Below are positions 22,940 through 33,560 of a DNA stretch of 64,000 nt, one piece after another. The position numbers and the translations under genes were made by a program. Location of the stretch: NCBI GenBank assembly GCA_965240325.2, contig OZ251224.1:2418001-2482000 (forward strand). The letters run 5' to 3'. Under the pieces are notes generated by a model, which worked only from the letters and a program-made list of their open reading frames with translations, was not told where the DNA came from and did not search any database. This stretch comes from Rebecca billardiae RCC1528. Lineage: Eukaryota > Protista > Haptophyta. Every line of letters begins with the position of its first letter. Position 1 is the stretch's first letter.

Positions 22940-24910
22940 ACCACCGCCGCCGGCTTGGCCGTGGCACCTCCCTGCTGCTACCACCGCATGCGGCGCGAAG
23001 CCTCCGGAGCGCAGCTGCTGCCAGGCCTGCCAGCTGCAGCCGTGCAGCGGCGCCGGGGCACGGGCGCAGCGGCATCGGATGGCAGAGGCTCGAGCGCGCT
23101 ACGGAACGAGGCGAGCGGCTACACCGCGCTCGGTGCGTCCAGCGCCCACGCCTCTCGGGTGGGCACTGCCAAGCTTTCAGCTGCTGCGGCCGCCCGCCGT
23201 GGCACCATCCCTGCTGCTGCTGCCGCACGCGGCGCGGAGTGGAGCGCTGCTGCTGCTGCCCTGGCCGGGCGCGGGCGCAGCAGCACTGGATGGCAGCGGC
23301 TCCAGCGCTATGGGCGAGGCGAGCAGCGGCACCGCGCTCGGTGCGTCCAGCGCCCAGGCCCCTCGGGCGTGCACCGCCGAGCTGCCGGCTGCAGCAACCA
23401 CCGCCGCCCGCCGTGCCACCATCCCTGCTGCTGCTGCCGCACGCGGTGCGGAGTCGAGCGCAGCCGCTGCTGCCCAAGCTGGGCGCGGGCGCAGCAGCGT
23501 CGGATGGCAGCGGCTCGAGCGCCATGGGCGAGGCGAGCAGCGGCACCGCGTTCGGTGCGCCCAGCGCCCAGGCCCCTCGGGCGTGCGCTGCCGAGCTTCC
23601 AGCTGCGTCGACCGCCGCCGCCCGCCGTGGCACCATCCCTGCTGCTGCCGCCGCACGCGGCGCGGAGTCAGGCGCGGCTGCTGCTGCCCAAGCTGGGCGC
23701 TGGTGCAGCAGCATCGGATGGCAGCGGCTCCAGCGCGCTGCGGGAGGCGAGCAGCGGCACCGCGTTCGGTGCGCCCACCGCCCAGGCCCCTCGGGCGTGC
23801 ACCGCCGAGCTTTCAGCTCCAGCGACCCACGCCGCCCGCCGTGGCACCATCCCTGCTGCTGCCGCCGCACTCGGCGCGGAGTCGAGCGCAGCCGCTGCTG
23901 CCCAAGCTTGGCGCGGGCGCAGCAGCGTCGGATGGCAGCGGCTCGAGCGCCATGGGCGAGGCGAGCAGCGGCACCGCGTTCGGTGCGCCCACCGCCCAGG
24001 CCCCTCGGGCGCACACAGCCGAGCTTTCAGCTCCAGCGACCGCCGCCGCCCACCGTGGCACCATCCCTGCTGCTGCTGCCGCACGCGGCGCGGAGTCGAG
24101 CGCAGCCGCTGCTGCCCAAGCTTGGCGCGTGCGCAGCAGCGTCGGATGGCAGCGGCTCGAGCGCCATGGGCGAGGCGAGCAGCGGCACCGCGCTCGGTGC
24201 GCCCACCGCCCAGGCCCCTCGGGCGCACACAGCCGAGTTTTCAGCTCCAGCAACCGCCGCCGCCCACCGTGGCACCATCCCTGCTGCTGCTGCCGCACGC
24301 GGCGCGGAGTCTAGCGCAGCCGCTGCTGCCCAAGCTGGGCGCGGGCGCAGCAGCGTCGGATGGCAGCGGCTCCAGCGCGCTGCGGGAGGCGAGCAGTGAC
24401 ACCGCGCTCGGTGCATCCAATGCCCGGGCCCCTCGGGCGCGCACCGCCGAGCTGACAGCTGCGCCGACCCACGCCGCCCGCCGTGGCACCATCCCTGCTG
24501 CTGCAGCCAATGCGGCGCGGAGTCAAGTGCAGCTGCAGCTGGGCCCCAGCTGGGCGCGGGCACAGCAGCACCAGATGGCAGCGGCTCCAGCGCGCTGGGC
24601 AGTGCCGTGGTCGTGTGGAGCAACGTCACGGCGCTCGGCGCGTCCATCGACGAGGCCCCTCGAGCGAGCGACACCGAGCTGTCATCTGCGGCGAAAGCCG
24701 TCATCCGCCGCGGGACCATTCCAGCAGCTGCTGCCGCATGCAGTGCAGACTCGAGCGTGGCTGCCGCTGGTGTTGGCGGCCCGGATGGGCGCGGGTGCAG
24801 CATCATCAGGTGCCAGCGACCCCATCGCGGCGGGCGCGATGGGCCAGGTCGCTGCGTTTGGCGCGCCATTGCCCAGGCCGTTCAAGCGAGCACCACCGAG
24901 CTGTTAGTTG
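22940..24910 (-). repeat. Same ~213-bp tandem repeat, inverted, about 9 copies
   Basis: GTGGCACCATCCCTGCTGCTG recurs about every 213-214 bp and is the reverse complement of the left array. Confidence 0.92.
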
Positions 24911-26471
24911 GAGCAACTGCTGCCGCCCGTCATTATACTGTACGTACTGCTGCTGCAGCATCAACAGCGCCGCTGTTACCAGCAGCGCTGCGCTCGTGTA
25001 TCCGAAGCAGCGCCGCATTGATGGTCCTGCGGTCTGAGTAGGGGAGTATGCCAGTAGCTCGCATGCACCTGGAGTGCAGTCCATGCCTGTACTGCCTCGC
25101 CGAGTACTACTAGAGTAGTAGGACCTCATGTGCTCACGCAGCTGTGCCGCTGCCGTCTCCTTGCTGTGACGCGCAGAGCAAGTCGAGGAGTGTCTGGCGA
25201 CCACCGGTGCCAGTGCTGCGCCGACAGGTAGATGCCCACCACCGGGCCGCGCCCGTAGCATGGACGATGGTGAGATGAGTGGCAGCACAGCGCACAGCTA
25301 CGAGCAAGGTTGATGTGCGACGGTATGGAGGCACGCGTGCTCGCTGCATGCTCCGAGCCCCGTGCTGCGTGCCCCCTGCTGCTTCTCGCCCTTGGTCGTC
25401 TCCTCGTCGATGCCCTCCTCCCCCGTACGCGTGAGCTCCGCGACGCCATCGGGCCAGCCTACCAACGAACAGTGGGCGTGGCGCCCTGCTGACGGCTGGC
25501 TGCCATCGCAAGCCATGCACGCCTGCACACGGCAACAGGGCCGTTTGCGCCCTGTTGCCGTGTGCACGGCCACAGCGGGCCGGTGCACACGGCAACAGCA
25601 GTGCGAAACCCCCTGAGGGTGACCCCTTTTGCGCCCCAGTGTGCACACGACAACAGGGCGCAAACGCCCCTGTTGCCGTGTGCAGTCGCCAGTGGCAAAC
25701 GCCAAACCTGGCTGAGATCTGCACGCCAGTGGGCGGCCCACTGGCGTGCAGATTTCGGGTTTCGTCAGGTTGGCGCGCGCTGGGGCGGACGCTCCCGCCG
25801 CCACCTCGCTCTCGCCTTCCGCCGCCAGGGCGAGGCCGCGCGAAGTCCAGTAGATCTTCCGATGGGACGCAGCGGGGCGGTAGCGAAGCGGTGAACTACT
25901 GTCGCTTGCGCGTGGCGCAGCGCTTCGCGCCCTCGCACCTCGACGGTCAGCTGCAGGCCCGCGAGAGCGCGAGCGTGCGCCGCCGCCACATTCAGCCAGA
26001 GCCATGCCGCGCCTTGCCTGCCGAGGCAGCGAAGAGGCACGCACGTGAAGCCGCTGGGCACCATGGCGCGCGCCCACGGCCGTACTGTCACATGGCTCAC
26101 GCCATCCTTGGATGCGCGCCTCGGGTTGCGCTCAGCGCGCGCATACTTTGCGGGGACGACAGCACGGCTGAAGCCGAGAGGCGGCGCACACGCCCGTGCG
26201 GGCTCAAGGCGCCGAGCAGATGGTCAGACGCGAGTTGCCCGGCGCAGGGCGGCGCAGAAAGGCCCTTTGCCTCTGCCCGACCGCGTGCGCCATCGCCGCG
26301 TGCACGTCTACGACCGCGGCGGCGCGGCAGCGGGCGGCGCCTCGCGGCGGATGGCTGTGGCGGGCGCACGCGGCGGGTTTTGAATTTCTCTCATTTTCCG
26401 AGTTTCCCAAATCCTGAGGTCTGGACCGGTTGGAAGATTCCGCCAATCCGTGCGCAGGTTGGGGGAGCGCG

Positions 26472-28031
26472 ATGGCGACGCTCAGGAGACGACGCGGGTC
26501 TCGGCTGCTGCTGCTGCTGCCGCTGCTGCTGCTCGCGGCGCTGGGCGCGTCGACGCGCGACGCCGCCGCCGCCGCCAGCGCCGGCGGCGAGGGCGGCGGC
26601 AGCGTGGAGACCGACGGCGCGGGCGCGGCGCCGCCGTGCGCCGACGACGCGATGGCGTGCGCGTACCGCCGGATGCGCGCGCGCAGCGCGCGGCTGCTCG
26701 CCGGCACGCGCGCCGACGCCGCGACGCTCGCGTACCAGCGCGACGTGCTCGAGCGTACGCGCCCGTTCTGGGAGATGGCGCGGCGGAGTACGGACGCGTG
26801 CACGCCGGCGCGCGCGGGCGAGCGCCGGTACACGCTGCGCGGCGACCACACGCTCGACGCGCGCTGGCGCGAGTGGGCGCGCGCCGGCGCGGTGCCGCGC
26901 GCCGTGTACGTGCCGCTGCCGTGGCAGTTCCTGATCGAGCGGTGCGCGCGCGGCGGGAACACGCGGCCGCTGCGCGACGCGCTCGCGCTCGTCGGCGCGC
27001 TCAGGCTCGCGCAGTACCCCCACTTCATCACGCTGATGCAGGCGTCGCTCTCGCAGATCGGTGGGCTGCTGCCGCCGGGCGGCGAGTCGGCGCGGCAGCT
27101 GGAGCGGCTGGAGCGGCACGTCGGCCTCGTGCTCGACGCGCGCGGGGACCACGGCGAGCGCCGCGCGGTGGTCTCGCGCGAGCGCGAGGCGCACGAGCGC
27201 CGCGTCGCCGCCGCGCTCGCGCCGCGCACCCGGCCAATCCCGCTCCTTTGGGATGCGCCGCTGCCGCACGCGCCGCCCGAGCGTAAGCGCGCCGAGGTGT
27301 TCTTCGCGGGGCGGTGCACGTCCGCGGCGCGCTGCGCGGCGTCGCGCGCGATCGCGAGGGCGGCGGCGGCGGCGGCGGCGCGCGGCGGCGGCGCGGAGGA
27401 GGGCGCGCCGGTGGCCGAGCTGCTCGCGCGCGCGCCCGCCGCCGCCGAGCCGCGGGGCGGCGCCGGCGCGTCGGCGCGCGCGCCGCCGCGGCCGCGGCTC
27501 GCGTGGGGCCACGCGGAGCGGTGCACCCCCGTGCCGCCGTCCGCCGGCCGCGGCGGGCGGCTGCCGCCCGAGGTCTTCCGCCGGCGGCAGGCGCGCGCGC
27601 TCTGGTTCGTCGCGCCGCGCGGCACGTTCCGCGCGTCGTTCAACATGTACGAGGCGCTGCAGCAGGGCTCGCTGCCGGTGCACGTTTGGATGGAGGAGCG
27701 TACCAAGTGCAGCCCGTGCACGTGCGCGGCGCCGGCGAAGGTGCGGCCGCCCGCGGGCTCGCACGCGCCGTGGCTGCCGTACGCCGACCTGGGCGTCGAC
27801 TTTGGCGCGCTCGGGCTCGTGCTCCACGCGTCCAAGGCGGCGTACCTGCCCGCGCGGCTGGCCAACGCCACGGCCGACGCGGCCGAGCTGCGCGCGCGGC
27901 TGCGGCGCGTTGCGTCCCTCCGGCCGCTCTTCACGCCCAACGGCACGGCCGAGTACGTGCGCTACGCGGCGGCGCGGCTCGCGGCCAAGACGCGCGGCCC
28001 GGCGGCGGCCAGGTCGGGCGGGAGGCGATAG
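26472..28031 (+). CDS. Exostosin-family (GT47) glycosyltransferase
   Basis: Signal anchor LLLLLPLLLLAAL; FFAGR, FVAPRGTFRASFNMYEALQQGSLPVHVW and WLPYADLGVDF match the GT47 C-terminal motif. Confidence 0.8.
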   Translation: MATLRRRRGSRLLLLLPLLLLAALGASTRDAAAAASAGGEGGGSVETDGAGAAPPCADDAMACAYRRMRARSARLLAGTRADAATLAYQRDVLERTRPFWEMARRSTDACTPARAGERRYTLRGDHTLDARWREWARAGAVPRAVYVPLPWQFLIERCARGGNTRPLRDALALVGALRLAQYPHFITLMQASLSQIGGLLPPGGESARQLERLERHVGLVLDARGDHGERRAVVSREREAHERRVAAALAPRTRPIPLLWDAPLPHAPPERKRAEVFFAGRCTSAARCAASRAIARAAAAAAARGGGAEEGAPVAELLARAPAAAEPRGGAGASARAPPRPRLAWGHAERCTPVPPSAGRGGRLPPEVFRRRQARALWFVAPRGTFRASFNMYEALQQGSLPVHVWMEERTKCSPCTCAAPAKVRPPAGSHAPWLPYADLGVDFGALGLVLHASKAAYLPARLANATADAAELRARLRRVASLRPLFTPNGTAEYVRYAAARLAAKTRGPAAARSGGRR

Positions 28032-28426
28032 CGTCGCCGCCGCCGGCGCGCTAAAGGTGGCGGGCATCACGACCGACGGTCAGGGCCGTCGCAGGCGGTG
28101 ACGTAGCTCGTAACGCCGCCGCAGCAAGTTGTGACCGTCACACGGAGCAGTCTCAGCACTGCAGCACTGCACGGTGGACGAACGGACGGCGCGGTGAATC
28201 GTTCATGACGACGATCGACGGCGACGCCGCCGCCGTCTAATGCAGCGACTTGTTCCATCGGTTCGGTCCTGCCTGACCCGCCGACTCCGTGTCTCGCACG
28301 GTATTTGACGAATTGATCAAAGGAATCAAGTTGATGATGGTCGTCCTGTGCTCCCGACCGCGGCAGTCTGCGCCCCTGAGTCAATCAGTGTTCAAGTACC
28401 GTGAGGAAGTGAGCACGTTCGTACGT

Positions 28427-28501
28427 GCCCGTGTAGCTCAGTTAGGTCAGAGCGTTCGACCAATAATCGAAAGGTCACCAGTTCGAGCCTGGTCATGGGT
28501 A
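28427..28501 (+). tRNA. tRNA-Ile (anticodon AAT)
   Basis: Cloverleaf: GCCCGTG/CATGGGT acceptor stem, GCTC/GAGC D-stem, TTCGA-CCAATAA-TCGAA anticodon arm, ACCAG-TTCGAGC-CTGGT T-arm, followed by CCA and a TTTT Pol III terminator. Confidence 0.9.
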
Positions 28502-28792
28502 CCATTTTGTCCCCGTTCTTCACACCGGATGCGTCGCTTTTTGTCCTCTTGTTTTCGCGCTGGCGGTCTTGGCCTTGGCTTCAGTTGCTCGGGCACGTTG
28601 CATGCGCCAGCCCGCCAGGCGAGTGAGACGGCTACCGTGACCGTGCATCTGGCATCAGCGCGAACGGCGTCGTCTGCGATACGAAGTCACTGAGCGTCAT
28701 TCGGATCCGGGATCGGGCCCGCCGACACGGGTCCGGTCTGCGGCGACGACGGACGAGTGTCGAGTGTGGGCCCGTCCGGCGACGCGCGTCCG

Positions 28793-29163
28793 ACATGATC
28801 CAACGGGCTTGCGCTCCAGCTCGCCGCGCACATGATCCAACAGGCTTGCGCTCCAGCTCGCCGCGCCCGGCAGGCGGCCGGGGCGGGTCGCGCCGCCGTG
28901 CTGATGCGAGCCTCTCGAGCGCAGCGCAGCGGGTGGGGGGCGCGCACGCTCTCGCCCACGCCCTCCTGCGCTCCAATCGTGTCGTCACCGGCCCCCTCAG
29001 CCGATCCAGCGGCTGCCGCGCGCAAACGGCGAGGCCGACGCCCACGCGCGCACGGGCGGCTGCGGCACGGGGCGCGGCCCCCTCAGCCGATCCAGCGGCT
29101 GCCGCGCGCGAACGGCGAGCCTGACGCCCACGCGCGCACGGGCGGCTGAGGCACGGGGCGCGG
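28793..29163. repeat. Two local tandem duplications (37 bp at 28793-28866; ~85 bp at 28991-29163)
   Basis: acatgatccaac(g/a)ggcttgcgctccagctcgccgcgc x2 and ggccccctcagccgatccagcggctgccgcgcgc... x2. Confidence 0.85.
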
Positions 29164-29691
29164 GTGGCCCTGCGCGCCGTAAATCCCGCCCTCCGCCGTG
29201 CGGCGCAGCGTGCGCGCCGCCCCGGCGGCGGGGCCGCGCGGGCCGCCGCCCGCGCCGCCGCGCTGCGGACGGCCGCCGCCGCCGCCGCCGCCACTGCCGC
29301 CGAGCGTCCGCCAGCTGGGCGGCGCGCTCGACGGCCTGGGGCCGCCAGCGGCCGCGCGGCCGAGGCGCGCGACTGGCGTGTGCGTCGTGACGCTGTACAT
29401 CACGGTGGGCGGGAACGCCTCGCCTCCGAGCCGCAATCGCACGCGCGCGCGCGACGCCGGGTCGGCGAGCAGAGCGGCCTCGCGCGGCTCGAGGCCGGCG
29501 AGCACGGTGTGCGCGCCCACGAGCTCGGCGCGGCGCAGCTGCGTGCGGAGCAGCTGGAAGAGCGCGGCCTCGCGGTGCGCGATGAACGCGCGCTGCACGC
29601 GCCGCGCCGCCTCATCGGTCGAGAGGCCCGACGGCCGTCGCCGGCGCGCGCCCGTGCTGCTGCGGCGAGGCGGGGCAGCAGACGACATCAT
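29083..29691 (-). CDS. IQ-motif MFI/C11orf65-like protein (3' end uncertain)
   Basis: EAARRVQRAF (IQ-like) and LEPREAALLADPA..RVRLRLGGEAFPPTVMYSVTTH resemble the C11orf65/CXorf58 conserved core. ATG at 29691. Confidence 0.7.
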   Translation of the reverse strand: MMSSAAPPRRSSTGARRRRPSGLSTDEAARRVQRAFIAHREAALFQLLRTQLRRAELVGAHTVLAGLEPREAALLADPASRARVRLRLGGEAFPPTVMYSVTTHTPVARLGRAAAGGPRPSSAPPSWRTLGGSGGGGGGGRPQRGGAGGGPRGPAAGAARTLRRTAEGGIYGAQGHPRPVPQPPVRAWASGSPFARGSRWIG

Positions 29692-29812
29692 CTCGTCGGG
29701 CAAGTGCTCGCCAGCGGCGCCATAAAATGGGAAGACGATGCAGTAGTTGATTTGGCCGCGCCCTGACTGTAACGACCACGTAACGACCACTCGACCCCAG
29801 CAGCTCACCAAC

Positions 29813-30766
29813 ATGGCGGCGACGAGCACCATCACCCTCGGCGCCGTGCTCGTCGCCGCCGCCCTCCTCCTGCTCGGGTGCGCGGCGTGTCGGCCGCGCC
29901 GGCGCCCGCGCGGCGGGGCCGGCGTGGCTGCGCCGGACACCTTCGTCGGCTCGCTCGTGCACGCGCTCAACGCGCCCTCGACCACGCAGTGGCTCAACCT
30001 CGGGCTGTGGCCGCGCGGCGCTCGCGGCGGCGCGTCAGCGTACGCGGCCGCGGCCGAGGCGCTGGCCGCGCGCGTGGGCGAGGCCGCGAGCGTGCGTCGC
30101 GGGTGCGCGGTGCTCGACGTGGGCTGCGGCTTCGGCGAGAGCCTCGTGCTCTGGCTCTCGCCGCGCTTCCGCGCCGCGCGCGCCGTCGGCGTCAACGCGT
30201 CTGCCGCCGAGGTTGCGGGCGCGCGCGCGCGCGTGCGCGCGGCAGAGGCGTCCGACGGCGCCGTCGTGGTGTGCGCGGACGCGGCGGCGCTGCCCGAGGC
30301 GCTCTGCGCCGGCGACTTCCACGCCGTCGTCTCCGTCGACGCGGCGTACCACTTCCGCCCGCGCGACGCGTTCCTACGCGGCGCGTGGCGCGCGCTCGCG
30401 CCAGGCGGCTCGTTCGCCGCGGCCGACGTGGTCGGCGGCGGCGGCGGCGGCGCGCGCGCGCAGGCGTCGTGGCGGCGGCGTGCGTTCTGCGTGCTCGCGG
30501 GGATCCCGCTCGTCAACCTCGCGCCCGACGCCGCCGCGTACGAGGCGCGGCTGCGCGGCCTCGGCTTCGAGGCGGTCGCGGCCGAGGACGTGACCGAGGC
30601 CGTTCTCGGCGGCTTTGGCGCGTGGGCGGCCGCGCACGAGGCGTGGGCGGTGCGGCTCGCGGGGCGCTTCATCCGCGCGATGCGCGCCCACGCGGACGTG
30701 CGTTTCGTCGTCGTGCGCGGCACCAAGCCCAGGCCGTCGGGGCCGTCACTACCCGATGGCGATTGA
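29813..30766 (+). CDS. Class I SAM-dependent methyltransferase with N-terminal membrane anchor
   Basis: WLNLGLW, VLDVGCGFGES (motif I), FHAVVSVDAAYHF and LAPGG. Confidence 0.9.
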   Translation: MAATSTITLGAVLVAAALLLLGCAACRPRRRPRGGAGVAAPDTFVGSLVHALNAPSTTQWLNLGLWPRGARGGASAYAAAAEALAARVGEAASVRRGCAVLDVGCGFGESLVLWLSPRFRAARAVGVNASAAEVAGARARVRAAEASDGAVVVCADAAALPEALCAGDFHAVVSVDAAYHFRPRDAFLRGAWRALAPGGSFAAADVVGGGGGGARAQASWRRRAFCVLAGIPLVNLAPDAAAYEARLRGLGFEAVAAEDVTEAVLGGFGAWAAAHEAWAVRLAGRFIRAMRAHADVRFVVVRGTKPRPSGPSLPDGD

Positions 30767-31107
30767 CAATGACGGCGAGCAGCGCTTGGCAGAGTCATCG
30801 TCATAGCAGCAGCGCGCGCAACGGTAGCTACGTACGGGTAAGTTCTCAGAGGTGATGCCATCATGATCGATCACTCATCACCGGGTGACGCCATGATGGT
30901 CGATATCTAATTCTGTAAGGCCGTATCAGTGTCTGCTGTGCGAGTTAGTCGTCGTATAGTAGTCATCGCATCGCCATCACACACACTCATGTCAGTCACA
31001 CGTTCTCGGACTTCGTCGCGGAGTCATCTGCATCGTCGCGTCGGCACCGCGGGCACACGTGACACGGTCCGGTCGTCTCGGATGTGACGAGGCTATAGCT
31101 TAGCTAC

Positions 31108-32556
31108 TCACTGATGGCCGCAGCCGTGCTGCTTCCACCAGTCGTCACCGCACTGGATGCAGGCCTGCGCGAACTTGAATAGCGATGCTGACGATGACGA
31201 TGCGCCGCCGCCACTCAGCATGCTCTTGGCTTTCCGCACGAGCGCAGACAAGTAGCACTGGTAATGGATGCGGTTGGCGTCGGCGGCGGAAATGATTCTA
31301 TCGGTAGCGCCAACCGAGGATGCGCCCTTGCATTTCGCCCCATTGCAGCGCCGCATGTGGGCCAGCTTGTTCAACGCGTAGGCAGGCAGGCTCAAGACAC
31401 GCCCAGATTGGCGGCTCTGGAAGTATTCGAGCGTGCACAGGAGCCCGGCGAATTCGCACAGCCCCTCCTCCATCGGCACGCCCCTCCCCTGCGGCGCATC
31501 CAGGCGCACGAGTTTCTGCGCCTGGTGCACGTGGACGTGCATCAGCTCGTGCGCAAGAGTCCATACCGCCTCGCACTCGTCGTCAAATATTCGCCTGTCG
31601 AGCGCGATCTCTGCCACTGGCGCCCTGCCAAAGATGGAAGCACGAGAGCCTGCTGCCGTGAATTTCACAAACGCTCGCGCGTGGCTCGGTGGCTCATCTG
31701 CGTCCAAGACACGCGAGGACGCCGCCTTGCACACCTCCGGCATCTGCGTGTGCTCCTTCATTCGGATCCATGCGAGCACCTCGGCAGCTGTGAAGAACAA
31801 GCAGCCGCCATCGCCCAGCATGTTCTTCTCGTACCACGACGCGACCCAGTCAACGACGACTGGGACATAGCCCTTGCTCGCGCAGAGCGCCACTTGCTCG
31901 CAAGCGTGGTCAGCTTGTTCAATAGAATGCACAGCCGATGCGATCCATGAAGCAGGGCGACCAGGCACGGAACGCGCCGTACGCTGACGCTTCCCGTCAT
32001 CGCGTCCGGAGGCTCGCGAGATCGAGTCCCTCTGGATGGTGTACCACATGTGACCGTTGGCGTCACCCGACCCGATTATGGTCACCACGCGCTGAGTCGT
32101 GCACGAGCGGTGCCCCTGCATGAATGACAAGTGGATCAAATGCCGCTCAGCGCCAGCCAGGCCGACAATCTTCTCCTCGACGCGCAACGTCTCGGGCTCG
32201 ACCCAGTCGGCGCCAGCGTGCTCACTCCAGTAACCGGCGCAGCCTGCCTTTCCGTGGTAGTCCTCCTGAGACCCATCCATGTCGACGGAAAGATGAGAAC
32301 TATCGTTGAAGAAGACCTCCTCAAGCGTCATCCAATCACCGACTGATGCCGCCGCGAAAAACTGCTTCATGAAGCGTTCTGCAACCTCGTCGTGACTCGG
32401 GAACTCGCGCGTCAGATCGGGCGCACGCGCGCGCGTCTCTGCGGCTCGAGCTCGAATGGCGCGTCGCTGCTCCGCATCAGACGCGCTATCGCTCGCATTC
32501 CAGGCCGTGTTGGACGCGTGAGACACTCCCGATGACGCGACAGACAGCGTGTTCAT
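31108..32556 (-). CDS. SnoaL/NTF2-like domain fused to DA1-like HExxH zinc peptidase
   Basis: 482-aa ATG ORF. TLAHELMHVHV...MEEGLCEF matches the DA1 peptidase pattern HEMMH..EEGICQ. AERFMKQFFAAASVGDW..YHGKAGCAGYW resembles SnoaL-like domains. Confidence 0.7.
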   Translation of the reverse strand: MNTLSVASSGVSHASNTAWNASDSASDAEQRRAIRARAAETRARAPDLTREFPSHDEVAERFMKQFFAAASVGDWMTLEEVFFNDSSHLSVDMDGSQEDYHGKAGCAGYWSEHAGADWVEPETLRVEEKIVGLAGAERHLIHLSFMQGHRSCTTQRVVTIIGSGDANGHMWYTIQRDSISRASGRDDGKRQRTARSVPGRPASWIASAVHSIEQADHACEQVALCASKGYVPVVVDWVASWYEKNMLGDGGCLFFTAAEVLAWIRMKEHTQMPEVCKAASSRVLDADEPPSHARAFVKFTAAGSRASIFGRAPVAEIALDRRIFDDECEAVWTLAHELMHVHVHQAQKLVRLDAPQGRGVPMEEGLCEFAGLLCTLEYFQSRQSGRVLSLPAYALNKLAHMRRCNGAKCKGASSVGATDRIISAADANRIHYQCYLSALVRKAKSMLSGGGASSSSASLFKFAQACIQCGDDWWKQHGCGHQ

Positions 32557-32759
32557 GATGAGGTGCTGTTCGGGAGTGAGTGCAGCGGAGCAGGGTGGTT
32601 GGAGAGCTCTCCGCCCTTGGCCAAGGGAGGCTCTCCACTCACTTCGGACGCTTTGGATCCGCTGCAGCCGCCGCCGCCGCGCCGCGGCACCCGGGCCGGA
32701 TAGTTGAGGCTCTGAGGTCTATGATACGCTCGTCATCTATGAAGCGGCCGGGATGATAC

Positions 32760-33560
32760 CGGTTGGCGCACGGGGCGGCGCTCCCCGGATTAATAGTGCC
32801 GCCGCCGCCGCCGCCTCCCCCCGTCCGGTCGCTCGCGCCGACCGCCGCCTGGGCGAGGCCGCGCGATGTCCACTAGAGCTTCCGATGGGACGCAGCGGGG
32901 CGGTAGCGAGGCGGTGAACTACTGTACCTTGCGCGTGGCGCAGCGCTTTGCGCCCTCGCACCTCGATGGTCAGCTACAACCCCCCCGTGAGCCGCTACAT
33001 CGTTCCGAGCCAGAGACATGGGCGCCTTGCCTGCCGAGGCAGCGGAGAGGCACGCACGCGCGTGAAGCCGCTGGGCACCGTGGCGCGCGTCTACAACCGT
33101 ACTGTCACATGGCTCACGCCTTCCTGAGATGCGCGCCTCGGGTTGCGGCTCAGCGCACGCATACTTCATATCGGCACTCGTCAGCGACTGGGCACGGCTG
33201 ACGACTATAGTGACTGTTAAGACACGCACCCGTGGTCGACAGCGGACTGCTGAAGCGAGAGGCGGCGCTCACGTCCGTGCGGACTCAAGGCGCGGAGAAG
33301 AAAGTCAGACGCGAGTCGCACAGTGCAGGGCGGCGCAGAAAGGCTCTATGCCTCTGCCAGACCGCGTGCGCCGCATCGACGCCGCGTGCCTCGGTTGCGC
33401 GGGGCCTTGCGGCCACAGCCACGGTGCCAGGCGTATCCGCGTAATTCAGGCACTCGTCATAAGTGCCGTCAATCACTGACTATATATGCGACCGCGCGGC
33501 CGCGCGGCAGCGGGCGGCGCCTCGCGGCGGATCAGGCTGAGTGGCGGCGCACGCGGCGGC
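32760..33560 (+). repeat. Second, diverged copy of the element F body (dispersed repeat)
   Basis: Shares cttccgatgggacgcagcggggcggtagcga..gcggtgaactactgt and ccgtactgtcacatggctcacgcc with 25768-26380 but lacks the 21-bp TIR. Confidence 0.85.

Larger units (their letters stand above)
20151..25714. mobile_element. Element C: 5.6-kb foldback element with 7-bp TSD and CAG termini (P/hAT-like signature), containing inverted ~213-bp minisatellite arrays
   Basis: AGATCTG at 20144-20150 and 25715-25721; ends CAGTAAGGTCTGGCG...CGCCAAACCTGGCTG; near-identical arms about 20151-20730 and 25135-25714; unique centre about 22110-22900. Confidence 0.88.
20118..26430. mobile_element. Element F: ~750-bp TIR element split by nested element C
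   Basis: Perfect 21-bp inverted repeat ACCGGTCCAGACCTCAGGATT (20118-20138) / AATCCTGAGGTCTGGACCGGT (26410-26430). Its body (about 25768-26380) recurs at 32760-33560. No TSD found. Confidence 0.65.

Noticed and set aside
20587-24907. ORFs up to 664 aa in the 213-bp arrays
   Set aside because: Unit length shifts the frame between copies and all frames are similarly open. No domain or transposase motif.
29083-30864. Single 593-aa protein
   Set aside because: The first ~390 aa are antisense to the methyltransferase. Only the part from ATG 29691 is family-like.
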